Assembly: GCA_020057405.1 (NCBI GenBank)
Contig: JAGVFW010000003.1
Coordinates: forward strand, 141,893 to 205,892
Direction: 5' to 3'
Source of the DNA: an archaeon
GTDB taxonomy: Archaea > Micrarchaeota > Micrarchaeia > Norongarragalinales > UBA97
DNA length: 64,000 bases
Shown: positions 9,439 through 19,700 of the stretch, piece by piece
How positions within the stretch are numbered: the stretch's first letter is position 1
Layout: the number at the start of each line of letters is the position of its first letter
Notes under the pieces: generated by a model
Told to the model about the DNA's origin: nothing
The model's input: the letters and a program-made list of their open reading frames with translations, nothing else
Database searches by the model: none
Position numbers and translations under genes: made by a program

Positions 9439-9981
9439 ATGTACGAACTTGCAAAATTCGTTGAGAGTGTGCGCATTCCGCCCGCTCTCTTTGGGAAGAA
9501 GATGAATGACGCTGCACTGCAGATGCTGCGCGAGCAGTACGAGCGGACGGTGCAAAAAGAGTTCGGCGTAATCGTGAGCCTGCACAACGCCAAGATTTCG
9601 GGCAAGGGCCGCATCATCCCGGGCGACGGCGCGGCTTATTTTGACGTCGAGTTCGACGCGGTTGTCTACAATCCTAAAGTGAACGAGATTATCATCGGCG
9701 AAGTGAGCGAGATTGTCGAGTTCGGCGCGTTTGTCCGCCTCGGACCCATTGACGGCCTGGTGCACGTTTCGCAGGTTGCAGATGACTTCTTCACTTACGA
9801 CAAGAAGAAGCTCATTCTAGTCGGGCGCAAGAGCAAGGCGACGGTGAAGAAGGGCGACGTCGTGAAAGCCAAGATTGCGACGGTTAGCATGAAGGACAAC
9901 ATTCCTAACTCTAAGATTGCGCTTACGATGAGGCCCATTGGTTTGGGCAGGGAAAAGGGAGCGGCTGTAGTAAATGTCTGA
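9439..9981 (+). CDS. rpoE: DNA-directed RNA polymerase subunit Rpo7 (E')
   Basis: VRIPP, GRIIPGDGAAY, S1 domain FGAFVRLGPIDGLVHVSQ, LTMRPIGLG. Confidence 0.96.
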   Translation: MYELAKFVESVRIPPALFGKKMNDAALQMLREQYERTVQKEFGVIVSLHNAKISGKGRIIPGDGAAYFDVEFDAVVYNPKVNEIIIGEVSEIVEFGAFVRLGPIDGLVHVSQVADDFFTYDKKKLILVGRKSKATVKKGDVVKAKIATVSMKDNIPNSKIALTMRPIGLGREKGAAVVNV

Positions 9982-10156
9982 GAAAGCGTGCCGCACTTGC
10001 CGGCTCATAGTCAGTGGCGACGTGTGCCCCACCTGCAAGGATTCGGAACTTACGAAAGCCTACGAGGGCTTCATTTTAGTGATTAACCCGGAGAGCGAGG
10101 TCGGCAACGCGATTGCCGCCAAGACCCCCGGAAAGTACGCGCTCAAAATAAAGTGA
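9974..10156 (+). CDS. spt4: Transcription elongation factor Spt4 (RpoE'')
   Basis: KACRTC...CPTC zinc ribbon; PGKYALKI. Confidence 0.94.
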   Translation: MSEKACRTCRLIVSGDVCPTCKDSELTKAYEGFILVINPESEVGNAIAAKTPGKYALKIK

Positions 10157-10169
10157 GAGAAGTGATAAG

Positions 10170-10466
10170 ATGAAGATTGAACTTGTTTCGGAAAAGGACA
10201 ACCCCTTGCTTGAACGCAAGGAAGTCGTCGTGAAAGTCAGCGACTACGGCGCAACGCCATCGCGCACCGACTTGCTCGAGGAACTGCCCAAAATCCTCAA
10301 GGGAGCGAACAAGGAAGGCGTCTACATTGAGAAGGTCGACCAGCACTACGGCCGCAAGCAGACTCTCGTCATGGCACACGTTTACGCCAGCAGGGAATCG
10401 CTTGAGAAGCACATCCACAAGAAGCTTTTGCGCACGAGCGGCAAGAAGAAGGCCGCTGCTGCATAA
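10170..10466 (+). CDS. rps24e: 30S ribosomal protein S24e
   Basis: NPLLERKE...ATPSR motif; conserved operon position. Confidence 0.93.
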   Translation: MKIELVSEKDNPLLERKEVVVKVSDYGATPSRTDLLEELPKILKGANKEGVYIEKVDQHYGRKQTLVMAHVYASRESLEKHIHKKLLRTSGKKKAAAA

Positions 10467-10477
10467 GGTGAAGTAAC

Positions 10478-10627
10478 ATGGCTGAGAAACCGAAGACCAA
10501 ATCCTTTAAGGCTTATACTGGTGGCAAGTACTGCCCCAAGTGCGGGCCCGGCACCAAGCTCGGAGTGCACAACAACCGCTTTGCCTGCGGAAAGTGCCGC
10601 TACACCGAGATGGCAGACAAGGCGTGA
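10478..10627 (+). CDS. rps27ae: 30S ribosomal protein S27ae (not in the ORF track)
   Basis: Manual translation MAEKPKTKSFKAYTGGKYCPKCGPGTKLGVHNNRFACGKCRYTEMADKA; CPKCG...H...CGKC zinc finger; AGGTGA SD. Confidence 0.93.
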   Translation: MAEKPKTKSFKAYTGGKYCPKCGPGTKLGVHNNRFACGKCRYTEMADKA

Positions 10628-10633
10628 GTCTAA

Positions 10634-11113
10634 ATGAAAATCGTTTATGCCCGGTTAGGAGTTTTGCTGCTAATCCTGGCCGCAGGCGTTTTTGCAATGC
10701 CGCTTTCAAAACCAATTGACGAGCCCTGCCCGGCTCAAATTGCTGACTTTGGTGACGGCATGATTCAAGGCTGCGCCATTGAAGTTCCCAAGCCCGACTA
10801 CGTAGTGCAGTGGATTCGCATCGACCACGTCAACAACACGGGCTTCGTGCACATCCAGGCGCTAACAGTCAACATCGGCGCTGACGCGGCTCAATCATCG
10901 CAAACTAAACTTACAGCCACTGAATACAACGGACTCGACTACTCAGTCAGCTTTGATGTCCCGCCATTGCCCCACGGCGGCTATTCGCTCCACGAGCTCT
11001 ACTACAAGTGCAGCTACAAAGTCACGGTCCATGGCCTAGCCGACGCGCAGGGCAACATCGACGAGGAAAGCGAGACGAACAACGGGAATTCCGCGTCGGG
11101 CCGTTGCGCATAA
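10634..11113 (+). CDS. Secreted CARDB-domain protein
   Basis: Signal peptide; PKPDYVV...NIG...ADAQGNIDEESETNN matches the CARDB consensus. Confidence 0.75.
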   Translation: MKIVYARLGVLLLILAAGVFAMPLSKPIDEPCPAQIADFGDGMIQGCAIEVPKPDYVVQWIRIDHVNNTGFVHIQALTVNIGADAAQSSQTKLTATEYNGLDYSVSFDVPPLPHGGYSLHELYYKCSYKVTVHGLADAQGNIDEESETNNGNSASGRCA

Positions 11114-11189
11114 AAACCATTAAATCCCCTCTTTCACATTAATTGTTTCGCTAGTTCTTTGAGCTAGCCCGAAGATATAAGGGCAAATT

Positions 11190-14100
11190 GTGATGCAGGA
11201 ATTCGGCCAGTATGGCCGTGAGTTGGAAAAGTCAGTGCTTGCCTACTGGCAAGAAAAACAGATTCCGCAAAAACTTTCTTCTCAGCGCAAGGGCGCGAAA
11301 AAGCACGTCGTGCTTGACGGCCCGCCTTACGTCAATGCACTGCCGCACGCTGGCCATGTGCTCACGACAACGTCGAAAGACATTTGGACGCGCTTGGCGT
11401 ACATGCGGGGCTTTGACGCCCACATTCAACCCGGCTTTGACTGCCACGGCCTGCCAATCGAAGTCATGGTAGAGAAAGAACTCGGAATCAAGAGCAAGCG
11501 CGAGATTCTTGAGATGGGCATCGAGAAGTTCGACGCGGCCTGCCTTGCGAAAGTCACCAACAACGAGGGCGCGTGGATGAACTACTACCGAGAGCTTGGG
11601 GCATGGCGCGCATACTTTGAGCCCTACTTCACTTACAAGCCGTCCTACATCCAAAGCGTGTGGTGGGCGTTCAAGCAATGGCACGATGCGGGCATGATTA
11701 CAGAAGGCGAGCGCAGCATCCACTGGTGTTCCCACTGCGAGACGGCGCTCGCGGGTTATGAAGTGAGCGACAGCTACGCACAGCGTTCGGACCCGGGGCT
11801 TTACGTCAAGTTCAAGGTAAAGGGCGCGGAAAACGAGTTTCTCCTAGTGTATACGACCACGCCTTGGACTTTGCCGGCAAATGTCGCGATTGCGGTTAAG
11901 GGAGATGCCGAGTACGTCAAGGCGAAAGTCGGCGGCACGGTCCTCATCCTCGCTAAGGCGCTTGCGGAAAAAGTTTTGAAGGAAAAGGCCGGCGTTGACT
12001 ACGAAGTCGTCTCGACAATCCGGGGAAGCGACCTTGACGGCGTGGAGTACGAACCGCTTTTCGGGTGCGCAAGCCAAAAGAAAATCGGGGAGAATCCAAA
12101 GGCCCGACGCGTTTACTTGAGCATCCAGTTGATGTCGAGGAAAAAATACAACAAGCACGTGAAAAAAGACGAGGCTGGCGGCAAGGACGCAACCGCCGTT
12201 CTTGACGGCAAGAAAGAGGAGGGCGAACTGGCCGCTTCGGCAAGCGCTCCTTCGTCTGAATTCGAGGAGTTCGTCACACTTTCTGAAGGAACGGGTCTTG
12301 TGCACTGCGCTCCCGGCCACGGCACTACTGACTTTGTCTTTGGCAAGCACTATGGGCTGCCTGCCGCCTCGCCTGTCGACGAGCGCGGGCTCTTTACGGC
12401 GGACGTCGAGCAGTGGCAGGGGCAGTACGTCAAGAAGGCTGACAAGGAAATTTCGGCTTTTCTTGACGGCAACGGCAGCCTCTTCCACCAAGAGACGATA
12501 ACGCACAGCTACCCGCTTTGCTGGCGCTGCAAGACGCCGCTTCTCTTCCGCCTTAGCCCGCAGATTTACCTTAGCATCGACGCGGTGCGCGAGAAGATGC
12601 TTGAGGCGAATGGCAAGACTCACTGGATGCCGCCGTTTGGCGAGGACGCGTTTGGCAACTGGGTCGCTGGGGCGCAGGACTGGTGCATATCACAACAGAG
12701 GTTCTGGGGCACGCCGATTCCGCTTTGGAAGTGCGGAAAGTGCGGTGCGAAAAAGGTTATCGAGAGCTTAGCCGAACTCAGGCTGTCCGCGGTGAAGGAC
12801 CCGGGCGTGCTCACTGACTTGCACAGGCACGCGATTGACGGCATCGAGCTAAAGTGCGGCGAGTGCGGTTCGCCGATGAAGCGCGTGCCCGACATTTTCA
12901 ACGTATGGATTGACTCTGGCCTGGCGTTCATTGCAAGCCACGGCTATCCTTTTGCCAACAAGGAATTGGCGGAAGAGCTGATGCCCGTGAATTTGGTGTG
13001 CGAGAGCCAGGACCAAATCAGGGGTTGGTTCTATGCCCTGCAGTTCACTTCGTTTGCAACTTTCGGCCGGCCGGCGTTTAAGGAGTGCGCGGTGATGGGC
13101 TGGGTTGTCGACGAGAAGGGCGAGAAGATGAGCAAGAGCTTGGGCAACGTCGTTGACGCGCAAAAGGCAATCGATACGCTTGGCGCGGATGCGCTAAGGC
13201 TCTACTACTGCAGCGACGTTGCGCCGTGGAATGTCCACAGGTTTTCGTTCACTAACGCGAAGGAGAGCCAACGCAACCTCAACATCCTGCTTAACACGCT
13301 CAAGTTTTACAAAATGTACGCACCCGACGGGTTTGTGCCGGTTGAAGTGAGCGCCAAGACGGCGGGGCTTAGGCCAGAGGACAAGTGGATTCTCTCGCGG
13401 CTCAACACTGTTGCGGGGCAGGCCAACTCGCGCCTAGACGAGTTCGAGTTCCACACTGCGGGCAGGCTGCTCGTTGACTTTGTCGTAAACGACTTTTCGC
13501 GCTGGTATGTCAAGCTTGCCCGCGACAGGGTTGCCGTTGAGGCAGAGGAAGGAGACAGGAGGGTTTGCTTGAGTGTCATGCGACACGCGCTCTTGCAGGC
13601 AAGCAAGTTGCTTGCGCCAATCACGCCCTTTCTTAGCGAATACTCATACGGCCAGCTAAACGGAGGGCTCGAGAGCGTTCACTTTGAAAGGTACCCGAAG
13701 TCGATTGAGGGCGCTAGCGACGAGGAGCTTGAGGAGCACATGGCAATTGCGATGGCTGCCTCAGAAGCTGCGGCAAGCGCTCGTCAGGAGGCGGGCGTGA
13801 AGTTGCGCTGGCCGCTTGGCCGCCTCGTCGTCACGGGCGATGCGGGCTTGAGCAAGGCGGTCGAAGGGTTTGCATCCCTGCTCTCAACACAGGCTAATGT
13901 TCTGCAGGTGAGCTATTCGCAGGTTCCGCCTGCAGGTGGCAAGTGGGTGAGCCGCGAGATTACGGCAGGGGAAAAGACGGTGACGGTGTTGCTTGACTGC
14001 GAAATGACTGAAGACTTGCGGATGCAGGCGCTTTTGCGCGAGCTCGTGCGCGCGGTCCAGGAGAGCCGCAAGCAAAATGGCCTCAACGTGCGCCAGAGGA

Positions 14101-14294
14101 TTGTCGTCTCGGTTGCATCGCCCCAGAGCTCGGTTGCGGAATTTTTGAGGAAGAACGCCGGGCTTTTGGCGCGGGAAGTTGGCGCCGGCTCTGTCGGCAT
14201 CGTCGAGGAAGCGAAGCTAGTTGGAGCGTTCTCGGCATCGGCCTCCATTGACGAGAAAGCAACGGTGAAGGCGCGCTATTCTGTTTCCGGCTAG
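11190..14294 (+). CDS. ileS: Isoleucyl-tRNA synthetase
   Basis: DGPPY, HAGH (HIGH), GFDCHGLP, YTTTPWTLP, GTGLVHCAPGHG, DWCISQQRFWGTPIP, DQIRGWF, KMSKS. Confidence 0.96.
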   Translation: MMQEFGQYGRELEKSVLAYWQEKQIPQKLSSQRKGAKKHVVLDGPPYVNALPHAGHVLTTTSKDIWTRLAYMRGFDAHIQPGFDCHGLPIEVMVEKELGIKSKREILEMGIEKFDAACLAKVTNNEGAWMNYYRELGAWRAYFEPYFTYKPSYIQSVWWAFKQWHDAGMITEGERSIHWCSHCETALAGYEVSDSYAQRSDPGLYVKFKVKGAENEFLLVYTTTPWTLPANVAIAVKGDAEYVKAKVGGTVLILAKALAEKVLKEKAGVDYEVVSTIRGSDLDGVEYEPLFGCASQKKIGENPKARRVYLSIQLMSRKKYNKHVKKDEAGGKDATAVLDGKKEEGELAASASAPSSEFEEFVTLSEGTGLVHCAPGHGTTDFVFGKHYGLPAASPVDERGLFTADVEQWQGQYVKKADKEISAFLDGNGSLFHQETITHSYPLCWRCKTPLLFRLSPQIYLSIDAVREKMLEANGKTHWMPPFGEDAFGNWVAGAQDWCISQQRFWGTPIPLWKCGKCGAKKVIESLAELRLSAVKDPGVLTDLHRHAIDGIELKCGECGSPMKRVPDIFNVWIDSGLAFIASHGYPFANKELAEELMPVNLVCESQDQIRGWFYALQFTSFATFGRPAFKECAVMGWVVDEKGEKMSKSLGNVVDAQKAIDTLGADALRLYYCSDVAPWNVHRFSFTNAKESQRNLNILLNTLKFYKMYAPDGFVPVEVSAKTAGLRPEDKWILSRLNTVAGQANSRLDEFEFHTAGRLLVDFVVNDFSRWYVKLARDRVAVEAEEGDRRVCLSVMRHALLQASKLLAPITPFLSEYSYGQLNGGLESVHFERYPKSIEGASDEELEEHMAIAMAASEAAASARQEAGVKLRWPLGRLVVTGDAGLSKAVEGFASLLSTQANVLQVSYSQVPPAGGKWVSREITAGEKTVTVLLDCEMTEDLRMQALLRELVRAVQESRKQNGLNVRQRIVVSVASPQSSVAEFLRKNAGLLAREVGAGSVGIVEEAKLVGAFSASASIDEKATVKARYSVSG

Positions 14295-16099
14295 TTGTCG
14301 TAAGTGTAGCTAGTTTTCTTCTTGTAGAGGTAATACCCGCCCGCCGCTACTGCAATTAGTACGACTAGCCCGAGGATTACCAGCGGGTCTATTGAAAGAC
14401 CGCCCTGTTGGGGAACGGGAGTGGCGGTAGAGGCAAGCGTGGCCTGCAGTGACGCTTCTGCTTCCTTAAGCTTGGTAATCGCGGCAGTGTAGTCGCCGCT
14501 TGAGGCCAAGCCTTCTGCAACTGAAATTATCGACTCGACGTCTGCGGTGAACAGGCGTTTTTCCTTCAGTTGGGCCAAAAGCGCCTCGACAACCTGCTTT
14601 TCGGAATCGTAGTCCTGCTTGGCTGATGGCTTGGGCGTGACTGAAGCTTGGGGGGTTGCGTTCAGTGAGGGGGTGGGTGTTGGCGTTACTGAAGGCCGGG
14701 GGGTGGGGGTCGGGATTGGCGTCGGGGCGGGCGTGGGGGATGGCGTGACGGATGGTGCCCCGCCGCTTGTCGGACCGTAGACCGTGCGCTTTGCGGTTTT
14801 GTTCATGTTGCCGGCGGAATCGCTGGCGTAGACTGCGAATGAGGCGCTTCCTGCAGTGGCGATTGTCTTGTTGGTGATGAAATAGGGGCTGCCGGCGGGG
14901 AGGTTCTGGAGTTCGGCAGTGTAGTTGATGCCGTTAAGCTCGAGTGTGACGGTGCTGCGGAATGCGTCTGAGATGCTGGTGTTGATTACTAGAGTCGTTG
15001 TCGCAAGCGTGGTGCCGTCAGCCGGCGTTTCTTGCGTGAAGGCGACGCGGGGGGCTTTTGAGTCGGTGATTAGTGAGTAATTGGTTGGAGCAAAAGCGCA
15101 GCCTGTTGCGGTGCAGGCAAGCGCGTTCCAGACGACGAGGGCTTCTGAAGGCGGGCTTGTGACTGAGACTGTGTGCGTTGAGCCCGCAAGCGTGGCATTC
15201 GAGGTCGTTGCCGCCCAGGTGCCCGAAAAGTTCGAGTAGAGCGTGAAGTTTACGGCGTTTGCTGCAGTGATTGTGAAAAGTATGGCCTGGCTTGGAGTCG
15301 AAGCGCCGCTTGAGGGGCTGACGAGTGAGACGCTAGGCAGTTCGGCAACGGTGATGAAAATGCCGGAATAGTTTGCGCAGTTGCCGGCAACGTCGCACAA
15401 TTGGTGCACCAGGTCGTAGGTGCCTGAGGGGAGGGAAGCGAAGCCAGTGCTGACTGCAGAGCCGTTTGAGACGCTGGAGTTTGCAGCGCGGGCCATTGCC
15501 GAGCCGTTTGAGTGGACTGCGAACACGGTTGTTGCCGAAACGCCGGAGAGGGCGTCGCCGGGAGTGAAGGTGACTGAAAAGCCGCCCGCCGCATTTGAGT
15601 TGTTTGAAGGTGCGGTTGAGGCGAAGTAGTTTGGCGCAGTCGAGTCTATTGTGAGGGTGTTGTTGGATGCTGCAAACGCGCTTGAGTCGTTGGTCGAGAC
15701 GTTTGCGTTCCACAGAAAAGTGCCTTCAGGCATGTTGACTGAAATCGAGCTTGCGGTGAGGTCGGAAAGCGGGGAGGAGTTGGTTGAGTTGGCGGCCCAA
15801 GCTATTGCCGGAATGCCTGGGGCGAGGGAGGAGGTGTTGGTGAAGTATAGTTCTGCAGTCCAGAAGCTGCAGCATGGGTCGGCCTCGTCGGGAGTGAAGG
15901 AAAACGACACTGCCGAAGTTGCCTGCACCGCGCCGTTTGAAGGAGAAGACAAGCTTACGGTGACGGGGGATGCGAAAACAAGTGTTGCGAGCAGAAGGAA
16001 CGCGGCGACAAAAGAGAACCTCAAGACAACCAACTCCACCAGATGCTGAAACAAGAACGAAGAGTAACAATCTCGCAAGGTAATATAATTGTTTTGCAA
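14291..16099 (-). CDS. Cell-surface glycoprotein: Ig-like domains, PT linker, helical bundle, C-terminal TM anchor (true start probably ~16030-16040)
   Basis: Signal peptide, many NxS/T sequons, one copy of the PGDA...QLCD.AGNCAN repeat, PTPTP linker, TM followed by KKK. Confidence 0.78.
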   Translation of the reverse strand: MQNNYITLRDCYSSFLFQHLVELVVLRFSFVAAFLLLATLVFASPVTVSLSSPSNGAVQATSAVSFSFTPDEADPCCSFWTAELYFTNTSSLAPGIPAIAWAANSTNSSPLSDLTASSISVNMPEGTFLWNANVSTNDSSAFAASNNTLTIDSTAPNYFASTAPSNNSNAAGGFSVTFTPGDALSGVSATTVFAVHSNGSAMARAANSSVSNGSAVSTGFASLPSGTYDLVHQLCDVAGNCANYSGIFITVAELPSVSLVSPSSGASTPSQAILFTITAANAVNFTLYSNFSGTWAATTSNATLAGSTHTVSVTSPPSEALVVWNALACTATGCAFAPTNYSLITDSKAPRVAFTQETPADGTTLATTTLVINTSISDAFRSTVTLELNGINYTAELQNLPAGSPYFITNKTIATAGSASFAVYASDSAGNMNKTAKRTVYGPTSGGAPSVTPSPTPAPTPIPTPTPRPSVTPTPTPSLNATPQASVTPKPSAKQDYDSEKQVVEALLAQLKEKRLFTADVESIISVAEGLASSGDYTAAITKLKEAEASLQATLASTATPVPQQGGLSIDPLVILGLVVLIAVAAGGYYLYKKKTSYTYDN

Positions 16100-16102
16100 T
16101 CG

Positions 16103-16708
16103 TCAGGCAATCTGGCGTGCCAGGTCGTCGAAACCGCGGCGCTCTATTGCGCTTGCGAAAACGACCGACTCGGGCTTGTCGCGGCTGGGCGCGAACAAGT
16201 TTGACTTTGCGCGCTTGACGGACTCGGCCTTGTTTAGAACAGGCACTACTGGCTTTTCGCACGCGCTTGAAAGCAGCGCGCACGTTTTTTCGAAAAGCGC
16301 GTAGTCGCTTGCGCGGGAGGCGTCGGCGACGTAGACTACTTTGTCGGCGTGCTCAAGCACGCTTTTGCCTGCGGCGAAGAGTAGGGAATCTAGGGGCGCG
16401 CGCAAGTCGAGGAGAGTCACTTCAGTGCCGGCATCGCGCAGTTCGCGCCAGACGCGTTTATCCTCAATTGCCTCAAGCAGCGCAAGTTCGCACGCGCGTT
16501 CCTGGTTGCCGCCGGCCTTTTTTGAAAATGCTTTTGCGGGAAAATGCTTGCGGATGTCGAAGTCGGGAGAGTAGGGCGGGCGCTTTGCCGCGGGGTCGAA
16601 GTTGGCGATTGCGCAGCTAATTCCGCGCTTTTGCAAAAACTTGCTAAAGGAAAAGCACAGCGAGCTCTTGCCCGAACCGCTCTGGCCGCAGACTGCAATC
16701 ACGCGCAT
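16103..16708 (-). CDS. GPN-loop GTPase-like protein with degenerate motifs
   Basis: GQSGSGKS P-loop, NFDPA...PY...DIR, VLNKAE, ASA; the GPN and DTPGQ motifs appear replaced by GGN and DLRAP. Confidence 0.65.
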   Translation of the reverse strand: MRVIAVCGQSGSGKSSLCFSFSKFLQKRGISCAIANFDPAAKRPPYSPDFDIRKHFPAKAFSKKAGGNQERACELALLEAIEDKRVWRELRDAGTEVTLLDLRAPLDSLLFAAGKSVLEHADKVVYVADASRASDYALFEKTCALLSSACEKPVVPVLNKAESVKRAKSNLFAPSRDKPESVVFASAIERRGFDDLARQIA

Positions 16709-16781
16709 GGTTTCAACACCAAATCACTCGAATACATTTAAATATCCGGGTTGATTAGTGTTTGCAGTGGTTCTATTGGGG

Positions 16782-19700
16782 ATGCGTTCTGGCAAAGCTA
16801 CTTTATTTTTCATAGGTATTCTGTTCGTCGCGTCGGTTGCCTTCGCAACCCAATTGAATGTCCTGCTAGTCTTTCCGGCTAACAACACTAACGCAAGCGC
16901 CACTACGGTGAACTTCGTGTTCACTCCAATTAACCAGAACTCGACTTTAGGGGAGGGATTGGAAAACTTTTCTGGCGCCACAGTATGGATAACCAACACC
17001 ACGGCGCTGCCTGTAGGCGTCAGCGGCCTCGTCTGGGGAGTTGCTAACAACACGAACGCTTCGGACTTGCAGAACGCAACCCAGGCGACGATAACTGCCG
17101 GGCTCTACCAGGGCCGCTATTCTTGGAACATCAACGTTTCCACAAACGCCACTTCCAACTTTTCGCAAGCCAACTATACGTTCACCATTGACAACACCGC
17201 GCCGGGTTACTTTGCCTCAATCCTGCCGCTAAACGGATCCAACCAATCAAGCACGGCAGTAGACATCAGCTTTGTGCCCGGAGATGGGTTTACAGGCGTT
17301 GCGAACACCACAGTTTGGGCAACTTCAACGGGCCCGCAGACAGCAAGCTTTTCAAACACCACCTGGATTTTGAACGGCACGCCCGTGACCGGCGGTCTTG
17401 TCGGTTTGGCTGCCGGCAGGTACAACCTCACCTACCAGCTTTGCGACTTTGCCAACAACTGCGCCAACTTCACCGGAGTCTTCTTCACAATAGACAACGT
17501 CAACCCCGGCTACTTCGTTTCCGTCAGCCCGACGAACAACACCAACCAGTCAAGCCCGTTCGTCAACGTAAGCTTCGTACCCGGCGACGCCTTCACTGGC
17601 GTCACAAACACTACCGTGTGGGCGCGTTCGGCGGGTTTTGGCGCGCACTTCACCAACACCTCAGTCACCAACGGCACTCAAGTCACCGGCGGTTTCGCAG
17701 GCCTGACTAACGACGCCTACAACCTTACTTACCAATTGTGCGACTGGGCGAACAGCTGCGCCAACTTCACCGGCGTGTTCGTCATTGTCGACAACACCAA
17801 CCCCACCTATTTGCCAATCAGCCCGACAAACAACAGCAACCAGTCCGCCAATTCCATTAACGTAAGCTTTGTTCCATTCGACGGGCTCGCCGGAGTAGCA
17901 AACACGACGGTTTGGCTGCGCAACACTACAGGCTTCGATCGTCACTTCACCAACACGAGCATTGCCAACGCGACGCTCGTGAGCGGCGGGTTCTTGCCGT
18001 TGTCTGAAAGCGTTTACAACTTCACTTACCAGTTGTGCGACTGGCCGGGCAACTGCGCAAACTACACGGGCGTATTCACAACTATCGACTTTACTAACCC
18101 CGGCTACTTCGTGCCAGTCACGCCCGCGAACAACACCAACCAGTCAAGCGCCTTCGTCAACGTCAGCTTCGTGCCAGGGGACGCGCTCACCGGAGTCGCT
18201 AACACCACAGTCTGGGCAAACAGCAGCGTGACGGGAATTACACGCCACTTCACCAACACGACTGTAACCAACGGCACGCTCGTCACAGGCGGGTTCGCGG
18301 GGCTGGGGGCAGCCACCTACAACTTTACTTACCAATTGTGCGACTGGGCGAACAACTGCGCAAACTACACTGACACAGTAGTTACGGTCTTAGGCGACGT
18401 TTCGCCGCCCGGCTACTTCGTCTCAGTCAAGCCGTCCGGCTATCAGGCTTCCACTTTCGTCAACGTCAGCTTCGTGCCCGGCGATGCGTTTACGGGAGTG
18501 ACCAACACTACGGTGTGGCTCGGTTTTGTGGCAAACGCGACGATATTCCGCAACTTTGACAACACTAGTGTCGTCAACGGTACGCTCGTAAACGGCGGTT
18601 TTGTCGGCGTCGGCACCGGCAACTATAGCCTGACTTACCAATTGTGTGACACTACCGGCAACTGCGCGAACTTCACCGGCGGCTCCAACGTTACTGTTGA
18701 CACCAGCGCGCCGAACTACATCGTAGTCGATGCGCCAGTCAACAACAGCAACCAGTCGGCAACAGGCATTGGCTTCTACTTCACGACCGGTGACGCGTTT
18801 ACTGGAGTGGACAACGTCACGGCATGGCTGTTCAACGCGACCGACACAGTTTATATCTCTACATCCTTAGCTTCCGGCGGCAACCTCAACAACACACCCT
18901 ACGCTTCGAGCTTCCCAAGCGTGGGCGCGGGCCCATACAACATTACTTTCCGGTCCTGCGACTTTGCCAACAACTGCGCGAACTTGTCCACCTCGTTTGT
19001 CACAGTTGACCCGCAGCCGCCCGGCTACTTCGTATCCATTAGCCCCACCAACAACAGCAACCAGTATGTCGGCTTCGTCAACGTAAGCTTCGTGCCAGGC
19101 GATGCACTAACCGGCGCGGCCAACACAACCGTATGGCTGCGTAACTCAACCGGCGCGTTTACCTCCAGCTTTACCAACTCAACAGTCACCAACGGCACTC
19201 AAGTCACCGGCGGTTTCGCGGGCCTGACTAACGGCGCCTACAATCTCACTTACCAGCTTTGCGACCTCGCAAACACCTGCGCCAACTTCACAGGCGTGTT
19301 CTTCACAGTCGACACCCAAGCGCCCGGCTACTTTGTCTCAGTCAAGCCATCAGGCTACCAGGCCTCCACTTTCGTCAACGTCAGCTTCGTGCCGGGAGAC
19401 GCGCTAACCGGCGTGGCCAACACCACGGTGTGGCTCGGCTTTGTGGCAAACGCGACAATCTTCAGAAGCTTTACCAACACTAGCGTTGTCAACGGCACTC
19501 TCTTGACGGGCGGTTTTGCCGCAGTTGGCACCGGCAACTATAGCCTGACTTACCAATTGTGCGACGCGGTCGGAAATTGCGCCAACATCACCGGCGGCTC
19601 CAACGTCACAGTCGACACTGACGCGCCCAACTACGTCGTGGTCTCTGCGCCGGTCAACAACAGCAACCAGTCGAATATTACTATTAATTTCAATTACGTT

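Noticed and set aside
9040-9765. 241-aa minus-strand ORF and other long antisense ORFs (e.g. 11844-12623, 55403-56059, 23859-24497)
   Set aside because: They are shadow frames of well-supported genes in GC-rich DNA.
11150-11168. Small hairpin in the ileS 5' UTR (GCTAGTTC-TTT-GAGCTAGC)
   Set aside because: A single short stem with no further support as a regulatory element.
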